The notes under the pieces: model-generated
Database searches by the model: none
What the model was told of the DNA's origin: nothing
Seen by the model: only the letters and a program-made list of their open reading frames with translations
Translations under genes and position numbers: made by a program
In this document: positions 42,112 to 52,217 of the stretch, one piece after another
How positions within the stretch are numbered: the first letter of the stretch is position 1
How the letters are laid out: every line of letters begins with the position of its first letter
Assembly: GCA_963422205.2 (NCBI GenBank)
Contig: CAXMWX010000011.1
Span: 69,673 to 133,672, forward strand
Reading direction: 5' to 3'
Source of the DNA: Gammaproteobacteria bacterium
GTDB taxonomy: Bacteria; Pseudomonadota; Gammaproteobacteria; Eutrophobiales; Eutrophobiaceae
Length of the DNA stretch: 64,000 bases

Positions 42112-43932
42112 TCACACCCGGACTTTGACATAAGCGCCCGGGGCATCTTCCAGTGCGGGCAGGTCCGCAGCACCGGGGATGCGGGCAGGGACTTTGTTAC
42201 CGCTGAACTCCAGCAACCACTGATTCCAGTCAGGCCACCATGAACCGGCATGTTTTTCCGCTTGCCGCCGCCAATTAGCTGCTGCCACCGCCACTGAACC
42301 GCCGGTGTAGTACGCATACTTGCCAGCATCTGGATGGTTGATGATACCGGCAATATGGCCTGAGGTGCCCAGAACAAAACGCACCGGGCTGGCAAAGAGC
42401 TGGGCGCCCTTATAGGTCGTCTTCCAGGGGGCAATATGATCCTCTTCGGTGGAGATAAAATAAGCCGGGGTATCAACAGAGCGTAAATCAATCGGCACAT
42501 CGGCGATGCTGATCCCGCCCGGCTCTTTGAATTTATTCTCAAGATACATGGTACGCAGATAGGTGCTGTGCATTTTCGCCGGCATACGCGTGCAATCGGC
42601 ATTCCAGTACAACAAATCAAACGGAAAAGGATCTTTACCCAGCAGGTAGTTACGCACGTAAAAAGACCAGATCAAATCATTGGCACGCAGCATGTTAAAG
42701 GTCTTCGACATCTCTGCCCCATCATGATAGCCCTTCTCATTCATGCACGCCTCCAGGCGGCTGAGTTGCTCCTCATCAATGAACACCCCCAGATCACCCG
42801 GCTCGGAGAAATCCAGCAGGGCCGCAAAAAATGTGGCCGACTTGATACGCATATCCTGTTTGGCCTTGAGATACGCCAGCACCGCACCTAACAAGGTGCC
42901 GCCGATGCAGTAGCCGGTGACATTGACCTGTTGCTCCCCGGTGCATAAGGTCACGGCGTCCAGGGCAGCCAGAGGCCCCTGGAACACATAGTCGGCAAAA
43001 TCCTTATCACCCAGAGCAGCATCCGGGTTGACCCAGGAAATCACGAACACGGTGTGACCTTGCCCCGTCAGCCACTTGATCAGGGAATTCCTGGCTTGCA
43101 GATCGAGAATATAAAATTTATTGATCCAGGGAGGCACAATCAGCAACGGCGTCTGGTAGACTTCTTCGGTGGTCGGGGCGTACTGCAACAACTGCATCAT
43201 CTCATTCTGAAATATCACCTTGCCGGGCGTGGTGGCCACATCCTTGCCTAACTCAAAGGCATCCATGTCGGTCATTTTAATCTTGAGCTGGCCTTGTTCA
43301 GGATCAAAATCATCAATGAAATTCTGCAAGCCCTTGAGCAGATTGTCGCCCTTGCTGTCAATAGTCGCCTGCATCACCTCAGGATTAGTCATGGCAAAAT
43401 TGGAAGGCGACATGGCATCAACAAATTGCTTGGTATAAAAACGCGCCTTGTGGGCGGTCTTCTCATCCAGCCCGTCAATCTCTTCCGCCATGCCCTGTAT
43501 GGTGTTGGCCGTCAGCAGATAAGACTGCTTGATAAAATCAAAAAACGGATGGCTGTCCCAGGCATCATGCTTAAAACGAGAGTCGCCCCTGTCCGGTGCC
43601 AGCTGCGCCTTGACCTCGGTCCCCATAAAACGCCGGGTCGCATCCAGCCACAGATCAGCATAGGACTGCCACAGCTGCATCTGCACCTCGGCCAGTCGTT
43701 CAGGGCGCTGCATCAAGGCGGCGGTCATCTCCAGAAAAGTCTGCCCCACACCGAGGGGATCCAGGCCGCCCCCCTGCTGACCCTGCACCTGTTGACATTG
43801 AGCATGCAGAAACTGGCTCAACATGCCATGATAGCTCTCGGCAATACTGGCCAGGGCCTTCACTAACTCCTCATTGATTGCCGCCTGCTCTGTCTGGCTG
43901 TTCTCTGCTGATGTGGTGTCTGCTGGGTTCAT
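42112..43932 (-). CDS. phaC: Class I poly(R)-hydroxyalkanoate synthase
   Basis: 606 aa with the lipase-box-like GYCIGG nucleophile motif and an N-terminal PhaC_N-type region. Length fits class I. Confidence 0.9.
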   Translation of the reverse strand: MNPADTTSAENSQTEQAAINEELVKALASIAESYHGMLSQFLHAQCQQVQGQQGGGLDPLGVGQTFLEMTAALMQRPERLAEVQMQLWQSYADLWLDATRRFMGTEVKAQLAPDRGDSRFKHDAWDSHPFFDFIKQSYLLTANTIQGMAEEIDGLDEKTAHKARFYTKQFVDAMSPSNFAMTNPEVMQATIDSKGDNLLKGLQNFIDDFDPEQGQLKIKMTDMDAFELGKDVATTPGKVIFQNEMMQLLQYAPTTEEVYQTPLLIVPPWINKFYILDLQARNSLIKWLTGQGHTVFVISWVNPDAALGDKDFADYVFQGPLAALDAVTLCTGEQQVNVTGYCIGGTLLGAVLAYLKAKQDMRIKSATFFAALLDFSEPGDLGVFIDEEQLSRLEACMNEKGYHDGAEMSKTFNMLRANDLIWSFYVRNYLLGKDPFPFDLLYWNADCTRMPAKMHSTYLRTMYLENKFKEPGGISIADVPIDLRSVDTPAYFISTEEDHIAPWKTTYKGAQLFASPVRFVLGTSGHIAGIINHPDAGKYAYYTGGSVAVAAANWRRQAEKHAGSWWPDWNQWLLEFSGNKVPARIPGAADLPALEDAPGAYVKVRV

Positions 43933-43965
43933 ATTCAGTTGATTTCATTCATTTTGTTGCGATGC

Positions 43966-43994
43966 AGCATAATGTTGTACAGAGACATTGTCAA
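43966..43994 (-). promoter_or_regulatory. Sigma-70-type promoter of phaC (TTGACA-N17-TATGCT)
   Basis: Minus-strand reading of 43994..43966 gives TTGACA, a 17-nt spacer and TATGCT, 33 nt upstream of the phaC ATG, in the 86-bp leuD-phaC gap. Confidence 0.45.
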
Positions 43995-44018
43995 CGCATT
44001 ATGCACACGGATAGACGC

Positions 44019-44657
44019 TCAGCTAAACAACCAGGGCGCTTGTCTTGCACGTTGGGCTTCATAGTCCTTGATCGCTGCGCTGTTTTGCAGCGTCAGGGCA
44101 ATATCATCCAGGCCGTTCAGCAGCCGGTGTTTTAATGCCGGGTCAATGGTAAATTCCATCGCCTCACCATCGGGCTGAACGAGGGTCTGGGCGGCCAGAT
44201 CGATGCTCAACTGATAGCCCTCATGGGCAAATACCCGGGCAAACAAGTCGTCCACTGTCTCCTCGGGGAGTTGAATGGCCAGCACGCCGTTCTTGCCACA
44301 GTTGCTGAAAAATATATCGGCAAAACTCGGGGCGATGAGGCAGCGAAAACCATACTCCCGCAAGGCCCACACCGCATGTTCTCTTGAGGAGCCGCAGCCA
44401 AAGTTTTTCCTGGCCAGCAGGACCTCCGCGCTCTGATAGCGCGGCAGGTTTAACACAAAGTCCGTCACCAAAGGGCGCTCGGCACACTCCTGCCCCGGCT
44501 CGCCCACGTCCTGATAACGCCATTCGTCAAACAGAAACTGCCCAAAGCCGCGGCGATGAATGGATTTCAAAAACTGTTTCGGGATGATGGCATCGGTGTC
44601 CACATTCGGCCGGTCTATCGGCGCCACTAAACCCACTAATGTTGTAAATGCCTGCAT
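44019..44657 (-). CDS. leuD: 3-isopropylmalate dehydratase small subunit
   Basis: 212 aa. The N-terminus ...[21 protein letters not shown] and [11 protein letters not shown] are typical of LeuD. Lies directly after leuC. Confidence 0.92.
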   Translation of the reverse strand: MQAFTTLVGLVAPIDRPNVDTDAIIPKQFLKSIHRRGFGQFLFDEWRYQDVGEPGQECAERPLVTDFVLNLPRYQSAEVLLARKNFGCGSSREHAVWALREYGFRCLIAPSFADIFFSNCGKNGVLAIQLPEETVDDLFARVFAHEGYQLSIDLAAQTLVQPDGEAMEFTIDPALKHRLLNGLDDIALTLQNSAAIKDYEAQRARQAPWLFS

Positions 44658-44690
44658 CTTAATCCCGTCTGCCAGTCAGCCGCAGCCCCT

Positions 44691-46094
44691 CTAGCCCTGC
44701 TCCCTGATGTCGACAAAATGGCCGGCAACAGCGGCAGCGGCGGCCATCGCCGGGCTGACCAGATGCGTCCGCCCGCCCGGCCCCTGTCGGCCCTCAAAGT
44801 TACGATTCGATGTAGAGGCGCACCGCTCGCCCTGGTTGAGCCGGTCTTCATTCATGCCCAGACACATGGAACAGCCCGGCTCACGCCATTCGAACCCGGC
44901 CTCCAGAAAGAGCGTGTCCAGCCCTTCCTGCTCGGCCTGTTTCTTGACCACACCGGAACCCGGCACGATTAGCGCTTCGGTAATGTTGGCGGCAATTTTT
45001 CTTCCCGCTACCCGCTCGGCCGCCGCCCGCAGGTCTTCAATCCGTGAGTTGGTGCAGGAGCCGATAAAGACCTTGTCCACTTTGATATCCGTGATGGCCG
45101 TCCCCGGTTGCAAATCCATATAGGCCAGGGCCTGCTGCATGCCCTCTCTTTTTACCGGGTCGGCTTCTTTTTCCGGGTCGGGCACTACGCCTGTCACTGG
45201 TACCACCATCTCCGGTGACGTACCCCAGGTGACAGCCGGGGCGACATCGGCGGCATCGATCTCAAGCACGGCATCGAATCGGGCATCAGGATCAGAGTGC
45301 AGTGTCCGCCAGCAGGCAACGGCCTGCTCCCATAGATCACCGGTTGGCGCAAAAGGCCGACCTTTGACATACTCAATGGTCTTCTCATCCACCGCCACCA
45401 TGCCGCTGCGGGCGCCCGCTTCAATCGCCATATTACACAGCGTCATGCGTGCCTCCATGCTCAATGCGGTGATGGCATCGCCAGCGAACTCGATGACAAA
45501 CCCGGTGCCGCCCGCCGTCCCTGTTTTGCCGATGATATGCAGGATCAGATCCTTGGCGCTGACATGCTCGGCCAACCTCTGGTTGACCTTGACCAGCATA
45601 TTCCTGGCCTTCTGCAACGGCAGGGTCTGGGTCGCCAGCACATGCTCTACCTCTGAAGTGCCGATACCGAAGGCCAGCGCGCCCAGGGCGCCGTTGGTCG
45701 TGGTGTGGGAATCGCCACAGACGATGGTCATGCCGGGCAGGCAAGCCCCCTGCTCCGGCCCCATCACATGCACAATGCCCTGACGTTCATCATGCAGTTC
45801 AATATGAGGAATGCGCCAGTGTTTTACATTCTTGTCCAGCGTCTGTAGCTGCAATTTCGACACCGGATCACCGATCACAGCCCGGTCCCTGGTCGGCACA
45901 TTATGATCCGGCACGGCGATGTTGGCAGACAAACGCCAGGGTTGCCGACCGGCCAGCCTCAGGCCCTCAAAGGCCTGCGGCGAGGTCACTTCATGGATGA
46001 TGTGTTTGTCAATGTAAATGAGACAGTTGCCATCGCCCGTATCCTGCACAAGATGATCGTCCCACAGCTTGTCGTAGAGTGTTCTGGCAGTCAT
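44691..46094 (-). CDS. leuC: 3-isopropylmalate dehydratase large subunit
   Basis: [17 protein letters not shown]-terminus and aconitase-family Fe-S Cys motifs ([22 protein letters not shown]). Start trimmed to the ATG 46094. Confidence 0.92.
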   Translation of the reverse strand: MTARTLYDKLWDDHLVQDTGDGNCLIYIDKHIIHEVTSPQAFEGLRLAGRQPWRLSANIAVPDHNVPTRDRAVIGDPVSKLQLQTLDKNVKHWRIPHIELHDERQGIVHVMGPEQGACLPGMTIVCGDSHTTTNGALGALAFGIGTSEVEHVLATQTLPLQKARNMLVKVNQRLAEHVSAKDLILHIIGKTGTAGGTGFVIEFAGDAITALSMEARMTLCNMAIEAGARSGMVAVDEKTIEYVKGRPFAPTGDLWEQAVACWRTLHSDPDARFDAVLEIDAADVAPAVTWGTSPEMVVPVTGVVPDPEKEADPVKREGMQQALAYMDLQPGTAITDIKVDKVFIGSCTNSRIEDLRAAAERVAGRKIAANITEALIVPGSGVVKKQAEQEGLDTLFLEAGFEWREPGCSMCLGMNEDRLNQGERCASTSNRNFEGRQGPGGRTHLVSPAMAAAAAVAGHFVDIREQG

Positions 46095-46146
46095 CGCCCT
46101 ATCATAACCCAATCACGGGAAAACACAGCATCCTGCCTGCTTTTAG

Positions 46147-48720
46147 CTAATTGAATTGATAGGAGACTTCCACCATCCAGCGACGTTCGTTGCCCGGATG
46201 GATAAAGGCCCCGCCAAATTCGGGCGCCGGAATGACCTCAGCCAGATAATCGGTATCCAGCAGATTTTTCACGACACCATGCAGCCCCCAGGTATCGCTT
46301 TCAAGGCCAGCACGCAGGTTCACCAGGCTGTAGGAATCACGGGTGGCGTTGGTCTGGTTGGCAAAGCCAAAATTCAGCCCGGTGAACAAGGTCGGTGTTC
46401 TGTCGCCCTCCTGGACTTCGGCAAAACGCGTTGGCCCGACTGCGGCATAATCAAACCGGCCGACAAACTCCACGCCATCAAGAAAACCGCTGGGCTTAAT
46501 CCACTCAGCCCCCAGATTAAAGGTGTATTCAGGCGCATAAGGCACCCGGTTGCCTGCCGTCTGCGGACGATTGCGGTTCTCATCAATGCGCGCATTGGTG
46601 GCGGCCACACCGCCGTAGATACGAAGGGCATCATTAAGCTGCACACTCAGCGCATATTCCGCCCCGGTGATGCTGACCTCATCAATATTCGATACCACAC
46701 GCAACAAGCCGAACGGGCCGACAAAGAAGTTGAATATCTGCATGTTATCAACCAGCGTGTGATAGATCGCCCCCTCCATGCTGACCCGGCCATCGGCAAA
46801 CGTGGATTTAAAGCCCACTTCAAACGCATTGGCTATCTCTTTCTCAAAGCTGTCGCTGATCGTCAGGCCCGCACCAGTTGCCGAGCCCGGATTAAATTCC
46901 GCGGCATTAAAGAATAGATTGACAGTCGCCTGACTGCCCTGATTGTTAAACCCGCCGCTCTTAAAGCCGACGCCCCAGCTCCCGAAAAAAGTCCAGTTCT
47001 CATTGGCATTCCAGCGCAGGCTGATCTTCGGTTGCAACTCCTTAAAGGTCTGCTGCCGGTCGGGGATGCTCTGACGGATCGTGCAGTTGTTGTTGGCATC
47101 AATGCTGAGAAAGGCCGGGTTCAGCGGCGAGCCCTGGCCATCGCCCAGGCCCTGGCAAGGCACCAGCCCCAGCGGAAAGAGCTGAAAGGCATCGGTGTAA
47201 TCGATAAAATCGGAGGTCTGCGTATCCGGTGCGGGCACCAATGATGTCACTTCGCGCTTTTCCCGGTCATAGCGAAGGGCAGCGGCGAGCTCAATCTCCT
47301 CAGTGACATCAAAAGCCACCTGACCAAACACGGCAAGGACTTCCGTGTCGAAACGATCGTACACCAGGGCCTCGGTGGCCGGCCCGATCAAGGCCCGCTG
47401 TAATTCAGCACCAGCGACAAAACCAACGCCGGGATCTTCTATGGTAGCCACACCCACCTCACGCTCCAGGTTCAGATAATACCCGCCCAACTGCCAGCGC
47501 AAGCGCTGCTCGCCCGGCGAGGTTAAGCGCAGTTCAAAGCTGATGTCTTCCTGGTTGCGCTCCTGCCATTGCCCTCCATCACAGGTGGTCGGTGTGTAGG
47601 GGCCAAGCAGGTTGAGCGGACTGTTGACGATGCCAGTGTTGTTCTGCGGCGATGGCAGCGGATCGGTCATGACTGTTGATGCCAGCGTTGCGATGCAGTT
47701 CGGCTCTGCATTAAAAAAACCAAAGGCGGCGCTGGTGCCATCGGCCAGGAAGGATTGATCGATGTCGCTGTACAGCAACCAGCCGGTGGCTGTTGCCCAG
47801 CCCATGTCATAATCTGTCTTGATGGACAGATCGAACGACTGCTGCTCATTTTCCGGACGGATGTTGGGCTGAAAGACAAATTCATGCGTGTTGACATCCT
47901 CATCCAGCAGCGAGTTGCCAAAGGCATTGGCCGCATCTTCCAAGTGAAATGCCACATTAAATGAAATGGAAGCCGCATCCACCTCGCCGTAATGGGCGCG
48001 CAAGTCCACGCTGAGATCCTCACTTGGCTGCCACAGCAAGCGGCCATTGATGTTGTAATTTTCAAAGTCATCGACGATGTCCCTGCCCGGACTGGCACCG
48101 ACATTGACGTTGTTATAAAAACCATCGGTCGTCCGGTAGTCGACATGCAAGCGGCCAGCCAGATCATCGGTCAGGCCACCGCCAGCTTGTGCTGACACAT
48201 AATAGCTGTTGTCGCTGCCGCCCGTGGCGCGGATACCTGCACTCGCCTCCTGCACCGGCTTTTTCGTGGTCACGATAACAGCACCGGCGGCGGCGCTGCG
48301 GCCATACACCGCCCCCTGCGGCCCTTTCAGAATTTCAATCTGCTGCAAGTCGGCAAACTCGCGGTTAAACGCACTGGGGTTGGTGTAGAGGATGCCATCG
48401 ACAATAAAGGCAAAGTTCGCTTCCGCATCTCGGGAGCCATTGATACCACGAATACTCACCTGTGCATCGCCTACCTCGGCGGTGTCGACAAAACTCACGC
48501 CTGGCGTCAGGGCAATAAAATCCTCGGCACGCTCGATGGCCGCACGTTCGATCTCACCGGAGGTAAACGCCGTGATTGTCGCCGGCACATCGGTCAGCAC
48601 CTCTTCACGCTGGCGGGCGGTCACGATAATCTCTTCAATCTGTGCCGATACCGGCAGGGTGATCAGGTAGCTGGCCGCACCGCTGGCAAGCAACAGGCAG
48701 TACGTGGTTAATGGTTTCAT
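46147..48720 (-). CDS. TonB-dependent outer-membrane receptor
   Basis: 857 aa with a signal peptide, a plug domain (EEIIVTARQREEVLTDVP...IEILKGPQGAVYGRSAAAG) and a long beta-barrel ending VEVSYQFN. Confidence 0.88.
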   Translation of the reverse strand: MKPLTTYCLLLASGAASYLITLPVSAQIEEIIVTARQREEVLTDVPATITAFTSGEIERAAIERAEDFIALTPGVSFVDTAEVGDAQVSIRGINGSRDAEANFAFIVDGILYTNPSAFNREFADLQQIEILKGPQGAVYGRSAAAGAVIVTTKKPVQEASAGIRATGGSDNSYYVSAQAGGGLTDDLAGRLHVDYRTTDGFYNNVNVGASPGRDIVDDFENYNINGRLLWQPSEDLSVDLRAHYGEVDAASISFNVAFHLEDAANAFGNSLLDEDVNTHEFVFQPNIRPENEQQSFDLSIKTDYDMGWATATGWLLYSDIDQSFLADGTSAAFGFFNAEPNCIATLASTVMTDPLPSPQNNTGIVNSPLNLLGPYTPTTCDGGQWQERNQEDISFELRLTSPGEQRLRWQLGGYYLNLEREVGVATIEDPGVGFVAGAELQRALIGPATEALVYDRFDTEVLAVFGQVAFDVTEEIELAAALRYDREKREVTSLVPAPDTQTSDFIDYTDAFQLFPLGLVPCQGLGDGQGSPLNPAFLSIDANNNCTIRQSIPDRQQTFKELQPKISLRWNANENWTFFGSWGVGFKSGGFNNQGSQATVNLFFNAAEFNPGSATGAGLTISDSFEKEIANAFEVGFKSTFADGRVSMEGAIYHTLVDNMQIFNFFVGPFGLLRVVSNIDEVSITGAEYALSVQLNDALRIYGGVAATNARIDENRNRPQTAGNRVPYAPEYTFNLGAEWIKPSGFLDGVEFVGRFDYAAVGPTRFAEVQEGDRTPTLFTGLNFGFANQTNATRDSYSLVNLRAGLESDTWGLHGVVKNLLDTDYLAEVIPAPEFGGAFIHPGNERRWMVEVSYQFN

Positions 48721-48831
48721 CGTTCATCTCCTCCAGTTAAGCGATGGCATGGCATTTTAAGTTGCTTATATACAACATATCGCATACGGGTTTTTAAAGT
48801 CGTTGTATTTATAACATAACCCGTCATTTTA

Positions 48832-48841
48832 ATGTATACAT
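48832..48841. promoter_or_regulatory. Candidate GntR/FadR-type operator, perfect palindrome ATGTATACAT
   Basis: 10-bp perfect palindrome in the divergent TonB-receptor/gntR gap. It has the same TGTATACA core as sites at 48965, 55344, 55397 and 58429. Confidence 0.4.
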
Positions 48842-48964
48842 TCGATGTTATCACCACTTTTCTGATCATCTCTCCCATATCGCTGATTTATTTATGAAAA
48901 TACCCTGTATGTTGAATCATGCTGACTGTTGCTCACGTTATCTGGCTGGAGAAATCGTGTTTTT

Positions 48965-48975
48965 ATGTATACGAT
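48965..48975. promoter_or_regulatory. Candidate GntR operator half-degenerate site ATGTATACGAT
   Basis: Lies 20 nt upstream of the trimmed gntR start and shares ATGTATAC with the other sites. Confidence 0.3.
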
Positions 48976-48994
48976 CAGCAGGGGAGGGGAGGCC

Positions 48995-49678
48995 ATGTCG
49001 AAAGCCGTTGAAAAAGCCTATCAACTGATCAGGGAGCGGATACTGTCCGGCGACTATGCGCCGGGCTCTCACTTAAAAGAGGAGGCCATCTCCGAGGAGG
49101 CGGCCGTCAGCCGTACGCCGGTGCGGGAAGCCCTGCGCCGATTGAGCAATGAGCAGTTGGTCAAGTTTATCCCCAACCAGGGGGCCTATGTCAATTCCTG
49201 GGATGAGGACGATGTGGATGTGATTTATGATCTGCGTATCATGCTGGAAGGCTATTCGGCCGCCCGGGCGGCACAGCGCATATCCAATGAAGAGATCGTC
49301 GAATTGGAGGAGTGCATCACAGAGATCGAAAAGCTGTGTGAACAACACTCAAAAGAAAACCACAGGCGCACGATTGAGCATAACCATCGCTTCCACAGCA
49401 TCATCATTGAGGCGGCCAGCAGTGAGCGGGTGCATAAAATGCTGGGCTGGCTGGTCGAGATCCCGATGCTGTTAAAGACAATCGAGCAATACAGTGATGC
49501 GGATGTGGAGAGAAGCAATAACCATCATCGCGAGATCGTCGCGGCGTTTAAGGCCAGAGACAGCGACTGGGCCCGCAGCGTCATGCAGACACATCTGCGT
49601 GCCGCTTACCAGATTTATACCCATGCCGCACCAAACCGCAAGGCCCATCAGACAATGCCATCTTACTCTGCGCCCTGA
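48995..49678 (+). CDS. GntR-family transcriptional regulator, FadR (FCD) subfamily
   Basis: Winged-HTH N-terminus (LKEEAISEEAAVSRTPVREALRRLSNEQLV) and a helical FCD-like C-terminus (HRFHSIIIEAA). Start trimmed to the ATG 48995, preceded by GGGGAGGGGAGG. Confidence 0.85.
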   Translation: MSKAVEKAYQLIRERILSGDYAPGSHLKEEAISEEAAVSRTPVREALRRLSNEQLVKFIPNQGAYVNSWDEDDVDVIYDLRIMLEGYSAARAAQRISNEEIVELEECITEIEKLCEQHSKENHRRTIEHNHRFHSIIIEAASSERVHKMLGWLVEIPMLLKTIEQYSDADVERSNNHHREIVAAFKARDSDWARSVMQTHLRAAYQIYTHAAPNRKAHQTMPSYSAP

Positions 49679-49726
49679 TCTGCTGTTGCCCCGTGTTACC
49701 CGGGCAAACAACCCCATAGCGATGCC

Positions 49727-50320
49727 TTATAATGATACGATATGTTCCAGGACGGCATGGCTATCCAGCACCTCGCCATACTTAGCCTGGATGTCAAACA
49801 GATTCGCCTCGTGTGCCTTGGGATTTCTATCCCCCACTGCCTGCCTTGGCACAAACACGGCAAAGTCGTGCTGCAACGCATCCACGGCGGTTGCACGCAC
49901 ACACCCACTGGTCGTCAAACCGGTGACAATCACAGTATCGGCCTGTTGTGTGCGTAGCTGTGCCGCCAAGTCGGTCTTAAAAAATGCGCTGGCCCAGTTT
50001 TTCTCGATGATTATCTCGTTATCCCGCCGCTGCAAGGCCGGATCGATTTGTACCCAATGGCTGTCAGGCTGAAGCACATTCAACGCAGGCAACTTTTGCC
50101 TGAACACCTTGGCCTGGGTCTCATGCCGGTAGATCACCGTGGTGAAAAATATCGGCAGGGATTTGTTCCGGGCGGCCTCAAGCAATGTTTGATTGGCCGC
50201 AACCACCGCCGGGCAGTCTGATCCCAAAGGACATTCAGGATCGGTAAACCCGTTGATCACATCAACAATCACCAGGCCCGGCCGACGGCCGAGATCAAGT
50301 GCGGTTTTTTCCAGATCCAT
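49727..50320 (-). CDS. Isochorismatase-family cysteine hydrolase (N-carbamoylsarcosine amidase / maleamate amidase-like)
   Basis: 197 aa. Asp (LVIVDVINGF), Lys (IIIEKNWASAFF) and Cys (VTGLTTSGCVRATAVDA) catalytic-triad context. Last gene of the hyu-like operon. Confidence 0.78.
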   Translation of the reverse strand: MDLEKTALDLGRRPGLVIVDVINGFTDPECPLGSDCPAVVAANQTLLEAARNKSLPIFFTTVIYRHETQAKVFRQKLPALNVLQPDSHWVQIDPALQRRDNEIIIEKNWASAFFKTDLAAQLRTQQADTVIVTGLTTSGCVRATAVDALQHDFAVFVPRQAVGDRNPKAHEANLFDIQAKYGEVLDSHAVLEHIVSL

Positions 50321-50353
50321 TCAGCCCGGAGCCAGCGAGCGATACAAATCGGT

Positions 50354-52207
50354 TCAAAAACGGGGGGAGGCAGGTGCAGGCAGATGTGTCTCATCCAGCG
50401 CCCTGGATTTTATCTCATCAATCGTGCCGCCGAAATCGAACAACGCCGGCTCGCCCCGCACACCACGCAACTCATCTCGCAAGGCCGTGGTGGCCGCCTC
50501 ATCCACCTCACCATCGGCATTGATCACAACACCATAACGCGCTGCCCCGTCCCGGGTGACAATGCCACGCAGCACATCCAGCCGGACAAGGGCCGGATCA
50601 CGGGCATAGGGATCACCCCAGCCGCCGCCGCCCCAAGTCGTAAACTCCAGCAGATCGCCCGCCTTGACTGCAATATCCTCACACTTCGATGGCAACCAGG
50701 TATCCGTACCATCAGCCCGGATAAGGTGCTTGCTTGAACGTTGCCCGGGCTGGCCGCCATTAACGCCCCAGGGATAGGTCAGCCAGCGATCATCATGAAT
50801 GGCGATCGTGCCATCGCAAAGAAACCGGTAGCCGACATTGAGCCCGTTACCGCCACGGTGCAGGCCCGCCCCGCCTGAATCAGGCACCGGCGCATAGTGT
50901 TCTATCCGCAAGGGAAAATAGGCTTCGATAAACTCATTTGGTACGTTGGTAAAACCGGGCCAGAGTGAATGACCATCCGGGCCATCGCCGGCAGGGCGAC
51001 CGGGAATGCCACCAAAGCCGATCTGAAATAACTGGAACCACTCGCCATGATCATCGTAGCCGGAGTAGAACAGATGCGGACTGTCGGAAAAACCGGCCGC
51101 ATTCAGCGCCTCTGGAGTACCCTGGCCTAATAACCCGCCCATCACGTCAAAAATTCTGCCCAGGGCATGGGTACGGCCGGACAAGGCCGCCGGATAATCC
51201 GGCTTTAACAAAGACCCTTTCGGTATGCGTACCTCCACCAGATCATAAAAACCATCATTGAACAGAATCTGCGGATCAAACAGATTAATCGTGAAGGCAC
51301 CGAAGAACATCTTGAACATGCGCTCGCTTAAATAAAAATTAATCGAACTCTTCGCCTGGGGGTCGGTGCCGTCAAAATCGAAGATGGCAGTCGCACCTTC
51401 CCGCCAGAGCGTGCATTTAATTTTGTACGGCCCCATGCCAACCCCATCATCACACAGATAATCTTCAAAGGTGCGCGGCTCCTCCGGCACGATCATCTCG
51501 ATGATCTGTTTCATGGCGGCATGGTTGCGTTCCAGCATGATATCCATCGTGCTGTGAAAAATATCATCACCAAAACGCTCCGCCAGCTCAACACAGCGCT
51601 TTGCCGCCGTATTACATGCTGCGACCAGGGCATTAAGGTCAAACCGGTTCCATTGCGGTGTGCGTACGTTATGCAGGATCAACTCCAGCAAATCCTGCTG
51701 CAACACCCCTTGTTTATACAGCTTCACCGGTTTGATACGAATGCCTTCCTGGAAAATCGTCGCCGCATTGATGGGAATACTGCCCGGCACCATGCCGCCG
51801 TTATCGGACATGTGGCCGAACATGGCCGACCAGGCGATGTGCCGTTGCTGCTTGAAGATCGGCACCAGCACGATCCAGTCGGGCAGATGCGATACCGCAC
51901 CATCACACATATACGGATCATTGGTCAGAATGACATCACCTTCTTCAATCTCCTCATCGTATGCCTGCATCAGGCCATGAATAAACGAGCCAAACTGGCC
52001 GACCACCATCTTCCCCTCACGGTTAGCCACCATGGGAAAGCAGTCGCCCTGCTCCCGTATCCCTGGCGACATCGCCGTACGAAACAACACCGCATCCATC
52101 TCAACCCGCACATTACGCAGGGCATTTTCGATGATATCCACCGTCACGGTATCGACTTCAACCCGTTGCAGCGGGGTTTGATTTGCTTCAATAATTTTCG
52201 CTGGCAT
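50354..52207 (-). CDS. Hydantoinase B / oxoprolinase-family protein (ATP-dependent ring-opening amidohydrolase, beta subunit)
   Basis: 617 aa. DTVTVDIIENALRNVRVEMDAVLFRTAMSPGIRE N-terminus and the length are typical of HyuB/OplB-type proteins. Lies 10 nt after the HyuA-like gene. Confidence 0.88.
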   Translation of the reverse strand: MPAKIIEANQTPLQRVEVDTVTVDIIENALRNVRVEMDAVLFRTAMSPGIREQGDCFPMVANREGKMVVGQFGSFIHGLMQAYDEEIEEGDVILTNDPYMCDGAVSHLPDWIVLVPIFKQQRHIAWSAMFGHMSDNGGMVPGSIPINAATIFQEGIRIKPVKLYKQGVLQQDLLELILHNVRTPQWNRFDLNALVAACNTAAKRCVELAERFGDDIFHSTMDIMLERNHAAMKQIIEMIVPEEPRTFEDYLCDDGVGMGPYKIKCTLWREGATAIFDFDGTDPQAKSSINFYLSERMFKMFFGAFTINLFDPQILFNDGFYDLVEVRIPKGSLLKPDYPAALSGRTHALGRIFDVMGGLLGQGTPEALNAAGFSDSPHLFYSGYDDHGEWFQLFQIGFGGIPGRPAGDGPDGHSLWPGFTNVPNEFIEAYFPLRIEHYAPVPDSGGAGLHRGGNGLNVGYRFLCDGTIAIHDDRWLTYPWGVNGGQPGQRSSKHLIRADGTDTWLPSKCEDIAVKAGDLLEFTTWGGGGWGDPYARDPALVRLDVLRGIVTRDGAARYGVVINADGEVDEAATTALRDELRGVRGEPALFDFGGTIDEIKSRALDETHLPAPASPRF

Positions 52208-52217
52208 CGGCTGCTCC

